Below, piece by piece: positions 7,926 through 15,730 of a stretch of 32,000 nucleotides of DNA. A model generated the notes under the pieces. It did not search any database. It had not been told where the DNA came from and worked only from the letters and a program-made list of their open reading frames with translations. The DNA is from Chlamydiota bacterium (GTDB taxonomy: Bacteria; Auribacterota; JACPWU01). The DNA lies in contig JACPWU010000025.1 of assembly GCA_016196885.1 (NCBI GenBank), positions 4,471 through 36,470 of the forward strand, given 5' to 3'. The position numbers and the translations under genes were made by a program. Each line of letters begins with the position of its first letter. The first letter of the stretch is position 1.

Positions 7926-8658
7926 GTTTAAAATTCAAAAAGGATCAGGCTCTTCTTTCCGGCGTTATCAAGAGCTGGTCGTAGGGACGCGTGATTTAGG
8001 GTTCTTGATCAAGTATGAGTTGATAACGATGCTTTTTGGAAACTTCCCAGGGGCGCTTGGAATTTTGCTTAGGAAATGGACGTATCCCTGGATTTTAGGG
8101 CGTGTGGGTCGAGGGGTTCTTTTTGGACATCATATCACTTTGAGGCATCCTCGAAAAATTTTTATTGGGGAGGGTGTGATCATTGATGACTATGTCATGT
8201 TGGATGCGAAGGGCGAGACGAATCGGGGGATTGAATTGGGGGAAGGCGTTTTTATCGGACGTCAGTCTATTTTATATGGTAAGAACGGAAATATCGTCTT
8301 AGAGAAAAAAGTGAATGTAGGGCATCGATGTATTTTTTATTCTTCCAATCAATTAACGGTGGGCGAAGGGACTATGGTCGCGGCAGATTGTTATCTCATG
8401 AGCGGTGGGGCCTATGATTTACAGTCCCCAGAAAAATTTTGCGATCAGGATGGCATGAATACCAAGGGGCCTCTTTCAATTGGATCTAATGTTTGGTTAG
8501 GTGCAAAGGTGGTTGTTTTGGATGGCGTTTCGATTGGTGAAAATTCGGTGATTGGGGCAGGGGCCGTGGTGGTAGAGCCCATTGCGAAAAATTCAATAGC
8601 GGTGGGTGTGCCGGCTAAAATTATAAGAAGTAACCCCTCCGACTCCCCTTTAAAATAA
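7912..8658 (+). CDS. left-handed beta-helix (hexapeptide-repeat) acyltransferase
   Basis: 248 aa with repeated [LIV]-G-x4 hexapeptides (IGENSVIGAGAVV, etc.) and an N-terminal RYQELVVG...PGALG segment. The start overlaps the antitoxin gene by 14 nt. The last 8 codons and the stop codon lie inside MITE-like repeat copy A. Confidence 0.85.
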   Translation: MTNSRFKIQKGSGSSFRRYQELVVGTRDLGFLIKYELITMLFGNFPGALGILLRKWTYPWILGRVGRGVLFGHHITLRHPRKIFIGEGVIIDDYVMLDAKGETNRGIELGEGVFIGRQSILYGKNGNIVLEKKVNVGHRCIFYSSNQLTVGEGTMVAADCYLMSGGAYDLQSPEKFCDQDGMNTKGPLSIGSNVWLGAKVVVLDGVSIGENSVIGAGAVVVEPIAKNSIAVGVPAKIIRSNPSDSPLK

Positions 8659-8761
8659 AGGGGAGGGACTGTGGATGTTGAGCTAAGGGTAAAGAATCTT
8701 GATTTGGAGGAAGTTTTGTTTTTCTCCCCTCTTTAGTTCAAAGAGGGGTAGGGGGAGTTAA
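8631..8761 (+). mobile_element. ~130-bp MITE-like palindromic element, copy A
   Basis: The ends TAACCCCTCCGACTCCCCTTT and AAAGAGGGGTAGGGGGAGTTA are imperfect terminal inverted repeats (16/21 matching). Each end also forms a local hairpin (CTCCCCTTT/AAAGGGGAG and CCCCTCTTT/AAAGAGGGG). A second copy in the same orientation is at 11039-11167. Confidence 0.7.
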
Positions 8762-8792
8762 GTTTTAAGCCAAAAATTTTGGAGGATTTAAA

Positions 8793-10886
8793 ATGATGAA
8801 AGTAGGCATTATTGGGGCGGGACAAATTGCACGGGTTCATGGGCCCGTGATTCTTCAGCAGCCGAACACTCAGCTGGTGGGCATTGCAGATCGGGATTTG
8901 GCGAGGGCGTATGCCCTAGCGAATGCCTTGGGAAATCCCAAGGTGTATGATGATGCGGCGAAAATGATTGATGAAGCAAAACCGGATGTGGTGCATGTGC
9001 TGGTTCCTCCTCAGCATCACGCTGCGGTGAGCATTATGGCGATGGAGAAGGGCTGCCATGTGCTGATTGAAAAGCCTTTGGCGCTCTCTATGGAAGATGC
9101 CCAGCGTATGCTAGAGGCATCTCGAAAATATAAGGTGCATCTGTGTGTAAGTCACAACATGGTGTACGAAGAGGTGGTTCAAAAAGCCCGCAAGTTAGTT
9201 TCGGACGGGGCGATTGGTGAAATCGTTTCTGTTGAGGCTTGTCATGTGTACAACGCCCGTCGAGATCAAAATTTGTTGGAAGAGGGGGCAGAACATTTTT
9301 ATTGGTCCTATCGTCTCAATGGGGGACCTTTGCAGGATTTGATTCCCCACATGGCTTCGCTCGTTTTTGAATTTGTTCCCGAAATTAAAGAGCTTCATTC
9401 TGTCTCTTTTAACCGGGGGGTTTTGCCCAAGGGTTGGGATGATGAGATTCGGGTGCTGATAGGATCTGGAAAGATATCAGTCTATCTCACGATTTCTCTG
9501 AGTGAAAGGCCCGATACGATTACCTTAACGCTAAAGGGAACGAAAGGGATGATTCAGGCCAATCTCTTCAATGGTGTTTTGACCCTTCAGCAAAAATCAA
9601 CACTTCCGAGAGCTGCAGTGCGAGGACTTTCAGGTTTTCAGGTGGCCGCACAAAATTTTAAGAATTCTGTGAAGAATATTTTTAAATTTTTAATGGGCAA
9701 AGTGGATAAATCAAGCGGGATCGGCCATGTGGTTCCACGTTTCTATCAAGCGATTCAGAAGGGTGGAGAGCTTCCCATTTCTGTGGATAAAAGTTTGAGG
9801 GTGGTGGAACTCATGACGCGTTTGTGGCCGAATAATCGCGTGATGCCTGAAAAGAAAGAGGCAAAGGTTTCTTCTCGTACGGGACCCCTTGTTTTGGTGA
9901 CAGGGGCCTCGGGGTTTTTAGGAATTCATTTGGTGCGTAAATTGCTTGCTCGAAATTTTCGTGTTCGTGTTTTGTTAAGGGCCAATAGTTCGCATCAGGG
10001 ACGTTTGAGAAATGAAGATGTGGAAATGGTTCAAGGCGATCTTTCGGATGGGGCAGCTGTGGCAAAAGCGGTTCAGGGCGTGAAAATCATTTATCATGCG
10101 GGTGCTCCTATGAACAACGACCCTTTTGAGCATGAACAGACCACAGTGGTTGGCACAAAAAATATTATTGAAGCGGCCTTGGCGAATCATGTTGAGCGTG
10201 TGGTTTATATCAGCACTTTGGCGGTGTGTGAATTGAATACTTTGAAGGATCATGATGTCGTTCGAGAAGATGTCCCTTACCAGAAAAATTCATCGCGAAT
10301 GGGTCCTTATACAGTGACTAAAATACAGGCGGAAAAACTACTGCTCGAGGCCTATGAGAAAAATAAATTGCCAGTCACCATTGTTAGACCGGGCATTATC
10401 ATTGGTCCTATGGGACGGGTCTTTTTTCCGCATTTGGGCTTCAAAAATCAGGACACTTTGTTTTTAATGGTGAAAGGAGGAAAGAATCCTCTTCCTCTCA
10501 CCTATGTAGATAACACGGTAGATGGAATTCTTTTAGCTTCTCAAGAACCGAAGGCCGTCGGGCAGATTTATAATTTGATAGATTCATCAAACATTACGGT
10601 GAAGGATTATCTGGAGAATTTTAAGAAAGTGACAGGGATTCCCTCTCGTATTTTGAAGATGCCCTTTTTTATCCCTTACTGTGCGTTCGGTGCTTTTGAA
10701 TTAGCCGGGGCGATGGGCCTTATGAAAAAAGGAAAGGCTTCTCGGGCCCAATTTAAATGGAAGCATCAGACGGTGACATTTGATAGTTCGAAGGCCACGG
10801 CTGAGTTGGGCTGGAAGCCCATTGTTCCGATTGAGGAGGGAATGAGGCGGACTTTCGAATGGTATAAGGAACATTGCGGGTCTTGA
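8793..10886 (+). CDS. fusion protein: Gfo/Idh/MocA oxidoreductase (N-terminal) + NAD-dependent epimerase/dehydratase SDR (C-terminal)
   Basis: 697 aa. The N-terminal half has IIGAGQIARVH and the LIEKPLA signature. The C-terminal half has VTGASGFLGIHLV and YTVTK (YxxxK). A GGAGGA Shine-Dalgarno sequence lies 6 nt upstream. Confidence 0.85.
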   Translation: MMKVGIIGAGQIARVHGPVILQQPNTQLVGIADRDLARAYALANALGNPKVYDDAAKMIDEAKPDVVHVLVPPQHHAAVSIMAMEKGCHVLIEKPLALSMEDAQRMLEASRKYKVHLCVSHNMVYEEVVQKARKLVSDGAIGEIVSVEACHVYNARRDQNLLEEGAEHFYWSYRLNGGPLQDLIPHMASLVFEFVPEIKELHSVSFNRGVLPKGWDDEIRVLIGSGKISVYLTISLSERPDTITLTLKGTKGMIQANLFNGVLTLQQKSTLPRAAVRGLSGFQVAAQNFKNSVKNIFKFLMGKVDKSSGIGHVVPRFYQAIQKGGELPISVDKSLRVVELMTRLWPNNRVMPEKKEAKVSSRTGPLVLVTGASGFLGIHLVRKLLARNFRVRVLLRANSSHQGRLRNEDVEMVQGDLSDGAAVAKAVQGVKIIYHAGAPMNNDPFEHEQTTVVGTKNIIEAALANHVERVVYISTLAVCELNTLKDHDVVREDVPYQKNSSRMGPYTVTKIQAEKLLLEAYEKNKLPVTIVRPGIIIGPMGRVFFPHLGFKNQDTLFLMVKGGKNPLPLTYVDNTVDGILLASQEPKAVGQIYNLIDSSNITVKDYLENFKKVTGIPSRILKMPFFIPYCAFGAFELAGAMGLMKKGKASRAQFKWKHQTVTFDSSKATAELGWKPIVPIEEGMRRTFEWYKEHCGS

Positions 10887-10900
10887 AAAAATTCAATATA

Positions 10901-11026
10901 CCTATGCACTTGACTTTAGCTGTCGTACATTTGTAGTCGCCCCATTCATGGGGCAATGCGTGGATTGCCCGATAAATCGGGCGACTACGCTTAACGAATT
11001 AAGGTACTTAAAGTAAAGTGCATAGG
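10901..11026. repeat. REPIN-like element, copy 2 (core 10933-10988) embedded in a longer 126-nt palindrome
   Basis: The core is GTAGTCGCCCCATTCATGGGGC-AATGCGTGGATT-GCCCGATAAATCGGGCGACTAC. The outer arms CCTATGCACTTGACTTTA and TAAAGTAAAGTGCATAGG are inverted repeats (17/18 matching). Confidence 0.8.
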
Positions 11027-11038
11027 CATAAAATTTAA

Positions 11039-11167
11039 TAACCCCTCCAGCTCCCCTTAAAAAATAAGGGGAGAGTAAAAAAGAGGAAAAAAAGAGGAAA
11101 AGTAGATGGGATAAGGTTTTTTTGTTTTTCTCCCCTCTTTATTTTAAAGAGGGGTTGGGGGAGTTAA
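11039..11167 (+). mobile_element. ~130-bp MITE-like palindromic element, copy B
   Basis: The ends match copy A (TAACCCCTCC..CTCCCCTT...AAGGGGAG on the left, GTTTTTCTCCCCTCTTTA....AAAGAGGGGT.GGGGGAGTTAA on the right), while the central ~50 nt have diverged. Like copy A, it ends about 30 nt before the next plus-strand start codon. Confidence 0.7.
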
Positions 11168-11195
11168 TTTTTTTGACAGAATCTAGGATTTTATT

Positions 11196-12332
11196 ATGCG
11201 CATCGGCGTCATGCTTCGCAGCCTCAAGCAATTGGGGGGAATTAAAGTTTATACCCTTAATATTCTTGATCACTTGCTAAAAATTGATTCGAAGAATGAA
11301 TATGTTTTTTTCTACAATGATGAGAGTCTTTTGGGTCTTTATGCCAAACATCCAAATGTTCAAGAAAGAATTGTTAAATTTCCCACAAAGATTTTATGGG
11401 ATCAGGTGGGGATCCCCCTGGCCATTCGAAAAGAAAAAATAGATCTCATTTTTAATCCCAAGCTTTCCATTCCTCTCTTCACACAGGCCAAAACCTTATT
11501 TCCTTTGCATGGGCTAGAACAGTTTGCGGTCTCTGAAATTTTTCCTGTACTTGACCGATGGTATTTTAAACTTATGATGCCACTTTTTGTCCGTCGGGCG
11601 AGTCGCGTGATTTCCATGACCAAGATGGGGGTGGATGAGATGGTGAAATACTTGGGTGTTCGCCGTGAAAAGGTGGCACCTATTTACGAGTCTTATCATG
11701 AGCGTTTTAAAGTTCTTCCCAAAGAGAGTGTAGAGGGGCTTCGGGAAAAATATCATTTGCCTGAAAAGTATTTGCTCTTTGTGGGCGGACTCAATCCCCT
11801 CAAGAATTTCAGTAATATTTTAAGGGCTTTTCAGCTTCTAAAGAAAGATTGGCCTCATAAATTAGTGGCTGTAGGTTTTAAACGCTGGAAGTATGAAGAA
11901 GATTTGGCTTTGGTTTCAGAACTAGGGCTTCAAAACGATGTCCTTTTTACAGGTTTTGTTCCAGATGAGGATTTGCCAGGTCTTTATAATTTGGCAGAGG
12001 CTTTTGTTTTTCCTTCTCTTTATGAGGGTTTTGGAATTCCGGTGCTTGAGGCCATGGCCTGTGGGTGTCCTGTGATCACGACCACCACAGGTTGCTCCAG
12101 GGAAATTGCAGCTGACGCCGCCCTTTTGGTTAATCCTCGAGAACCTCGTGAGATCGCAGAGGCCATTTCAAAAGTATTGTCGGACGACCCTCTGAAAAAA
12201 ACAATGATTGAAAAGGGTTTGGCTCAAGCGAAAAATTTTAGTTGGGAAAAAACGGCTCGCGAGACATTGAAGTTGATGGAAGAGTTGGTATTTAATGAGG
12301 CTGGTAAGTTGGGAAAAAAAGATGTAAAATGA
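11196..12332 (+). CDS. glycosyltransferase family 4 (GT-B, retaining)
   Basis: 378 aa with the EGFGIPVLEAMACGCPVI segment (E-x7-E motif) and a typical GT4 C-terminal domain. Confidence 0.9.
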   Translation: MRIGVMLRSLKQLGGIKVYTLNILDHLLKIDSKNEYVFFYNDESLLGLYAKHPNVQERIVKFPTKILWDQVGIPLAIRKEKIDLIFNPKLSIPLFTQAKTLFPLHGLEQFAVSEIFPVLDRWYFKLMMPLFVRRASRVISMTKMGVDEMVKYLGVRREKVAPIYESYHERFKVLPKESVEGLREKYHLPEKYLLFVGGLNPLKNFSNILRAFQLLKKDWPHKLVAVGFKRWKYEEDLALVSELGLQNDVLFTGFVPDEDLPGLYNLAEAFVFPSLYEGFGIPVLEAMACGCPVITTTTGCSREIAADAALLVNPREPREIAEAISKVLSDDPLKKTMIEKGLAQAKNFSWEKTARETLKLMEELVFNEAGKLGKKDVK

Positions 12333-12353
12333 GGGAAAAAGGGGTGGTGTACC

Positions 12354-12593
12354 GTGAATTATCTTAAATACATCGTTCGTGATCCTAAGATTTGTGGAGG
12401 TGAGCCTGTTGTTAAGGGTACCCGTGTGACAGTGCGTACTCTTTTGGCAAGTCTTGCAGAGGGGTCAGCGGTACAATCTATTTTAAAAGATTTTCCAACG
12501 GTGAGTGAAGATGCTTTAAGAGCTGTGATTGCTTTTGCTGCTATTTCTGCTGTAGAGGATTTACCAGTCTCAAGTCTACCTCGATTTCAATGA
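12354..12593 (+). CDS. DUF433 domain protein (antitoxin-like)
   Basis: 79 aa starting at GTG, preceded by an AAGGGGTGG Shine-Dalgarno sequence. It carries CGGEPVVKGTRVTV, which matches the DUF433 core motif. Confidence 0.8.
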   Translation: MNYLKYIVRDPKICGGEPVVKGTRVTVRTLLASLAEGSAVQSILKDFPTVSEDALRAVIAFAAISAVEDLPVSSLPRFQ

Positions 12594-12651
12594 AAATAAA
12601 ATACGTGTGGCACATCCTCAAAATCCTACCTAAATATCTCAAGAGGTCATC

Positions 12652-13584
12652 TTGGCGCGGTTGAATAAATCTCTTCTCATCCGATGGATTGTAGGCATTG
12701 GTCTTATTGTCTATCTTTTTACCCTTATTAATTTTCATGAATTTTCTGAAATTCTTTCCAAGGCTTCTTTACCTTTTTTCTTTTTGGCGGTGCTTTTGGT
12801 CTTGGTGGATCGCGTTTGGATGGGCTCGAAATGGAACATTTTATTAAAGGTTCAAGGATTAAACGTTTCTATGTTTGAATGCGTTCGCGTTTATTTTATC
12901 AGTTCTTTTTTAGGGTTGGTTTTGCCGACCAGCGTGGGGGGCGATTTGGTTCGTTTGTTCAGTCTCTCTGTGGAAAAGGGGGAACGGGAAAAAGTAGCGG
13001 CTTCGCTGGTGGTGGAAAAACTTCTTTCCATGATGGCGCTTCTTCTTTTGGTTATTTTTTGCGTTTTACTCCTGGTGATGACGTCGGCCATGACGGGCTG
13101 GCGTTATTTCTTGATGGCCTTGGGTGTATTTCTAGGCATGGGACTCATTTTTGTGATTTCTCTTCTTTTTTTACCTGTCGAGCGGCTTCGAAAAGCGGAA
13201 GGAAAATGGCTGAAGAAAATAGCGCGTGTATTTTTGGCCTATCATGAATTTAGGCGTTATCACAGAGCTATGTTTGTTTTTTTTATTGTTTCTGTTTTTG
13301 AGCAGTGCATGCCTTTTTTATTTAATTATTCCTTGGCCAAGGCCTTTCATTTGCCGGGGAGTGCGCTTACTTATTTTATGATTGTCCCAATGATCTATAT
13401 GATTGCTAGACTCCCTATTTCGGTAGACGGAATGGGCATTGCCGAGGCCCTTTTTGTTTTTCTATTTCCTTTGATGGGTCTCGATAAAACGCATTCTTTG
13501 CTTCTCGCCTTAGCAGGCCGATTGGCCACTACTTTAGGCCATTTGATTGGTGGAATTTTTTATTTTTGGAAGAAAAAATCATGA
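12652..13584 (+). CDS. UPF0104 / lysylphosphatidylglycerol-synthase-TM-type flippase-like membrane protein
   Basis: 310 aa, polytopic (about 8 hydrophobic segments), with the family-typical LPTSVGGDLVR loop. The TTG start has a GAGG Shine-Dalgarno sequence 6 nt upstream. An in-frame TTG at 12661 is an alternative start. Confidence 0.75.
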   Translation: MARLNKSLLIRWIVGIGLIVYLFTLINFHEFSEILSKASLPFFFLAVLLVLVDRVWMGSKWNILLKVQGLNVSMFECVRVYFISSFLGLVLPTSVGGDLVRLFSLSVEKGEREKVAASLVVEKLLSMMALLLLVIFCVLLLVMTSAMTGWRYFLMALGVFLGMGLIFVISLLFLPVERLRKAEGKWLKKIARVFLAYHEFRRYHRAMFVFFIVSVFEQCMPFLFNYSLAKAFHLPGSALTYFMIVPMIYMIARLPISVDGMGIAEALFVFLFPLMGLDKTHSLLLALAGRLATTLGHLIGGIFYFWKKKS

Positions 13585-13627
13585 TATAGAATTTGTAATA
13601 GATGGATAGAGTATTTTGGAGAATAAA

Positions 13628-14311
13628 GTGAAGCTTTCTATTCTAATGCCGGTCTATAACGAAGCATCTACTTTGCGTGAGATTGTCGAGCAGGTGTCGA
13701 GGGTGAACCTTGATAAAGAGATCATTCTTGTTGATGATGGCTCGACGGACGAGACCCCTCAAATATTAAAAGATATTCAAAAAGAATATCCACAATTGAT
13801 TGTTCGTCATCATGATAAAAATAGGGGAAAAGGATCCGCGGTCCGAACGGGATTGACTGAGGCAACGGGGGATTATGCGGTGATTCAAGACGCAGATTTG
13901 GAATATGATCCACAGGAATATCACAAACTTTTGGAGCCTGTGACACGATTTGGTGCCCAAGCTGTGTATGGGTCCCGGTTTATCGGGGTGCATAAAAATA
14001 TGTTCTTCTGGCGTTATCTGGGGAATAAATTTTTGAGCCTTGTTACGGATCTTCTTTACAACACCCCCCTTTCAGACATGGAGACTTGTTACAAATTAGT
14101 CAAAATGGATATATTAAAGTCTCTCTCTTTGAAGTCGAAGCGCTTTGAGTTTGAACCTGAGATTACAGCGAAATTACTCAAGAGAAAGATACGGATTTTC
14201 GAAATTCCCATTTCCTATGCTGGGAGAGAATATGCAGAGGGTAAAAAAATCACTTGGAAAGATGGACTCTCAGCCTTATGGACACTTCTCAAGTATCGTT
14301 TTTTAGATTAG
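13628..14311 (+). CDS. glycosyltransferase family 2 (soluble, DPM1-like)
   Basis: The protein has LSILMPVYNE, DDGSTD and QDADLE (DxD) motifs. I prefer the GTG at 13628 (GGAG Shine-Dalgarno sequence 6 nt upstream, N-terminus VKLSILMPVYNE) over the track's TTG at 13616. Confidence 0.9.
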   Translation: MKLSILMPVYNEASTLREIVEQVSRVNLDKEIILVDDGSTDETPQILKDIQKEYPQLIVRHHDKNRGKGSAVRTGLTEATGDYAVIQDADLEYDPQEYHKLLEPVTRFGAQAVYGSRFIGVHKNMFFWRYLGNKFLSLVTDLLYNTPLSDMETCYKLVKMDILKSLSLKSKRFEFEPEITAKLLKRKIRIFEIPISYAGREYAEGKKITWKDGLSALWTLLKYRFLD

Positions 14312-14394
14312 AAAAACCTCGGACGCTGTTTCTTTTTTTTGTCCTGATCATTGCGGCGCTTTTCCCCCGGTTTCTCATTTCTTGGGGAGTTTAG
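14278..14394 (+). pseudogene. 38-codon ORF encoding one TM helix: possible N-terminal stub of a disrupted membrane (GT-C-like) gene, or a small membrane peptide
   Basis: Translation is MDTSQVSFFRLEKPRTLFLFFVLIIAALFPRFLISWGV*. The basic-then-hydrophobic N-terminus resembles those of ArnT/GT39-type proteins. Its TAG stop (14392-14394) lies inside the left terminal inverted repeat of the 14391-14718 element. Confidence 0.25.
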
Positions 14395-14718
14395 CCCGCA
14401 TTTCTCATCAGATTTCGTTGCGAGGAACGCCTGAGTCTGCCTTGGATGCGAGGAAGACGACTGAGGCCATGTGAGGCATACTTTACAGCATGTTGAGCGT
14501 GGCCGACCGAGTCTGTACGGAGAGACGAGGCGGAATCGGAGAAGAGCAGCAGAAATGTGATGAGAAACAAACATGACTTTCAGTCACAAAGGGGGATGAA
14601 AATCACCCTTGTAGTCGCCCCATTTATGGGGCTGCCCGATGAATCGGGCGACTACAAGTCATCATAACTTATTGTATAAGAATAACTAAAGACTATTTTC
14701 AGATGAAATGCGGGCTAA
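14391..14718. repeat. 328-bp segment bounded by inverted repeats, with a relatively GC-rich non-coding interior and a nested REPIN
   Basis: TTAGCCCGCATTTCTCATC (14391-14409) pairs with the reverse complement of GATGAAATGCGGGCTAA (14702-14718): 13 nt are perfect and 17/19 match overall. A second internal pairing joins TTTCTCATC (14401-14409) with GATGAGAAA (14559-14567). I found no convincing ORF in any frame. Confidence 0.55.
14611..14655. repeat. REPIN-like element, copy 3 (1-nt spacer)
   Basis: GTAGTCGCCCCATTTATGGGGC-T-GCCCGATGAATCGGGCGACTAC. Both REP halves are identical to those of copy 1. Confidence 0.8.
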
Positions 14719-14777
14719 TATATCACCTGTGCTAATATGGCTCCCATTATTTAACCTTGGAAAGGTAATAAACCTTG

Positions 14778-15728
14778 ATGTCAAGTTCTTCTCCTGAGTT
14801 GTCCATTATTATTCCTCTGATGAATGAAGAGGAAAATATTCCTGAACTGATTCCTCGGGTTTGCGAGGCTTTGAATACTCTAGCCCGGTCTTACGAAGTT
14901 ATCTTGATAGATGATGGGAGCACGGATCGGACATGGGAACTTCTAAAAAAGGTCCGGGGAGAGGATGAAAGGATTCGCCTCATTCGATTTCGAAAAAATT
15001 TTGGTCAGACGGCCGCATTGAAAGCAGGGTTTGATGCGAGTCGGGGCAAGGTGATTGTCACCTTGGATGGGGATTTGCAAAATGATCCGCGTGACATTGG
15101 AAAGTTGTTGGGTGCTCTGGAAGAAGGATACGATATCGTGAGCGGTTGGCGTTATCCCCGCCAGGATCCCTTCTTGAGCCGAAGGCTTCCTTCTATCATA
15201 GCCAATGGTGTCATTTCTCTGACCACCCAGGTAAAGCTGCATGATTATGGATGTACGCTGAAGGCCTTCAGGGCGGAGGTGGCCAAAAATTTGGATCTCT
15301 ACGGTGAAATGCACCGCTTCATTCCAGCCATTGCGAGTTGGATGGGGGTGACCGTGGCTGAGGTGAAGGTGAGTCATCAGGCTCGGAAAAGGGGGAAGTC
15401 GAAATACGGAATTTCTCGGACTTTGAAAGTTCTTCTGGATCTGATCACGGTCAAATTTCTTTTGAGTTATTCCACCAAGCCCATTCAGATTTTTGGATTG
15501 ATGGGGCTTCTCACCGGAGGGGCGGGCTTTCTTCTTTCCATTTATTTAGCCTTTGTGAGGCTCTTTCTTCATCATCCCATTGGGGGAAGACCTCTCTTGC
15601 TGTTGTCGGTACTTTTAATATTTATTGGGATTCAATTTATTACCATGGGGCTTTTGGCAGAAATCCAAATTCGGACCTATCATGAGTCTCAGAAAAAATC
15701 AATCTATGTGATTAAGGAGGAGATTTAA
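14778..15728 (+). CDS. GT2 polyprenol-phosphate glycosyltransferase (GtrB/CsbB/ArnC-like) with two C-terminal TM helices
   Basis: The protein has LSIIIPLMNEEENI, DDGSTD and LDGDLQND motifs, and two C-terminal hydrophobic helices (IQIFGLMGLLTGGAGFLLSIYL and LLLLSVLLIFIGIQFITMGLL) typical of Und-P-sugar synthases. The ATG at 14778 is one codon inside the track's TTG start. Confidence 0.9.
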   Translation: MSSSSPELSIIIPLMNEEENIPELIPRVCEALNTLARSYEVILIDDGSTDRTWELLKKVRGEDERIRLIRFRKNFGQTAALKAGFDASRGKVIVTLDGDLQNDPRDIGKLLGALEEGYDIVSGWRYPRQDPFLSRRLPSIIANGVISLTTQVKLHDYGCTLKAFRAEVAKNLDLYGEMHRFIPAIASWMGVTVAEVKVSHQARKRGKSKYGISRTLKVLLDLITVKFLLSYSTKPIQIFGLMGLLTGGAGFLLSIYLAFVRLFLHHPIGGRPLLLLSVLLIFIGIQFITMGLLAEIQIRTYHESQKKSIYVIKEEI

Positions 15729-15730
15729 GT

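Noticed and set aside
14308-14574. 88-aa minus-strand ORF in the 14.3-14.8 kb gap
   Set aside because: The translation is Arg/Ser/Lys-rich and low-complexity (…KRRNDQDKKKKQRPRFF) with no recognisable fold signature. It spans the inverted-repeat-bounded element, which is more likely non-coding.
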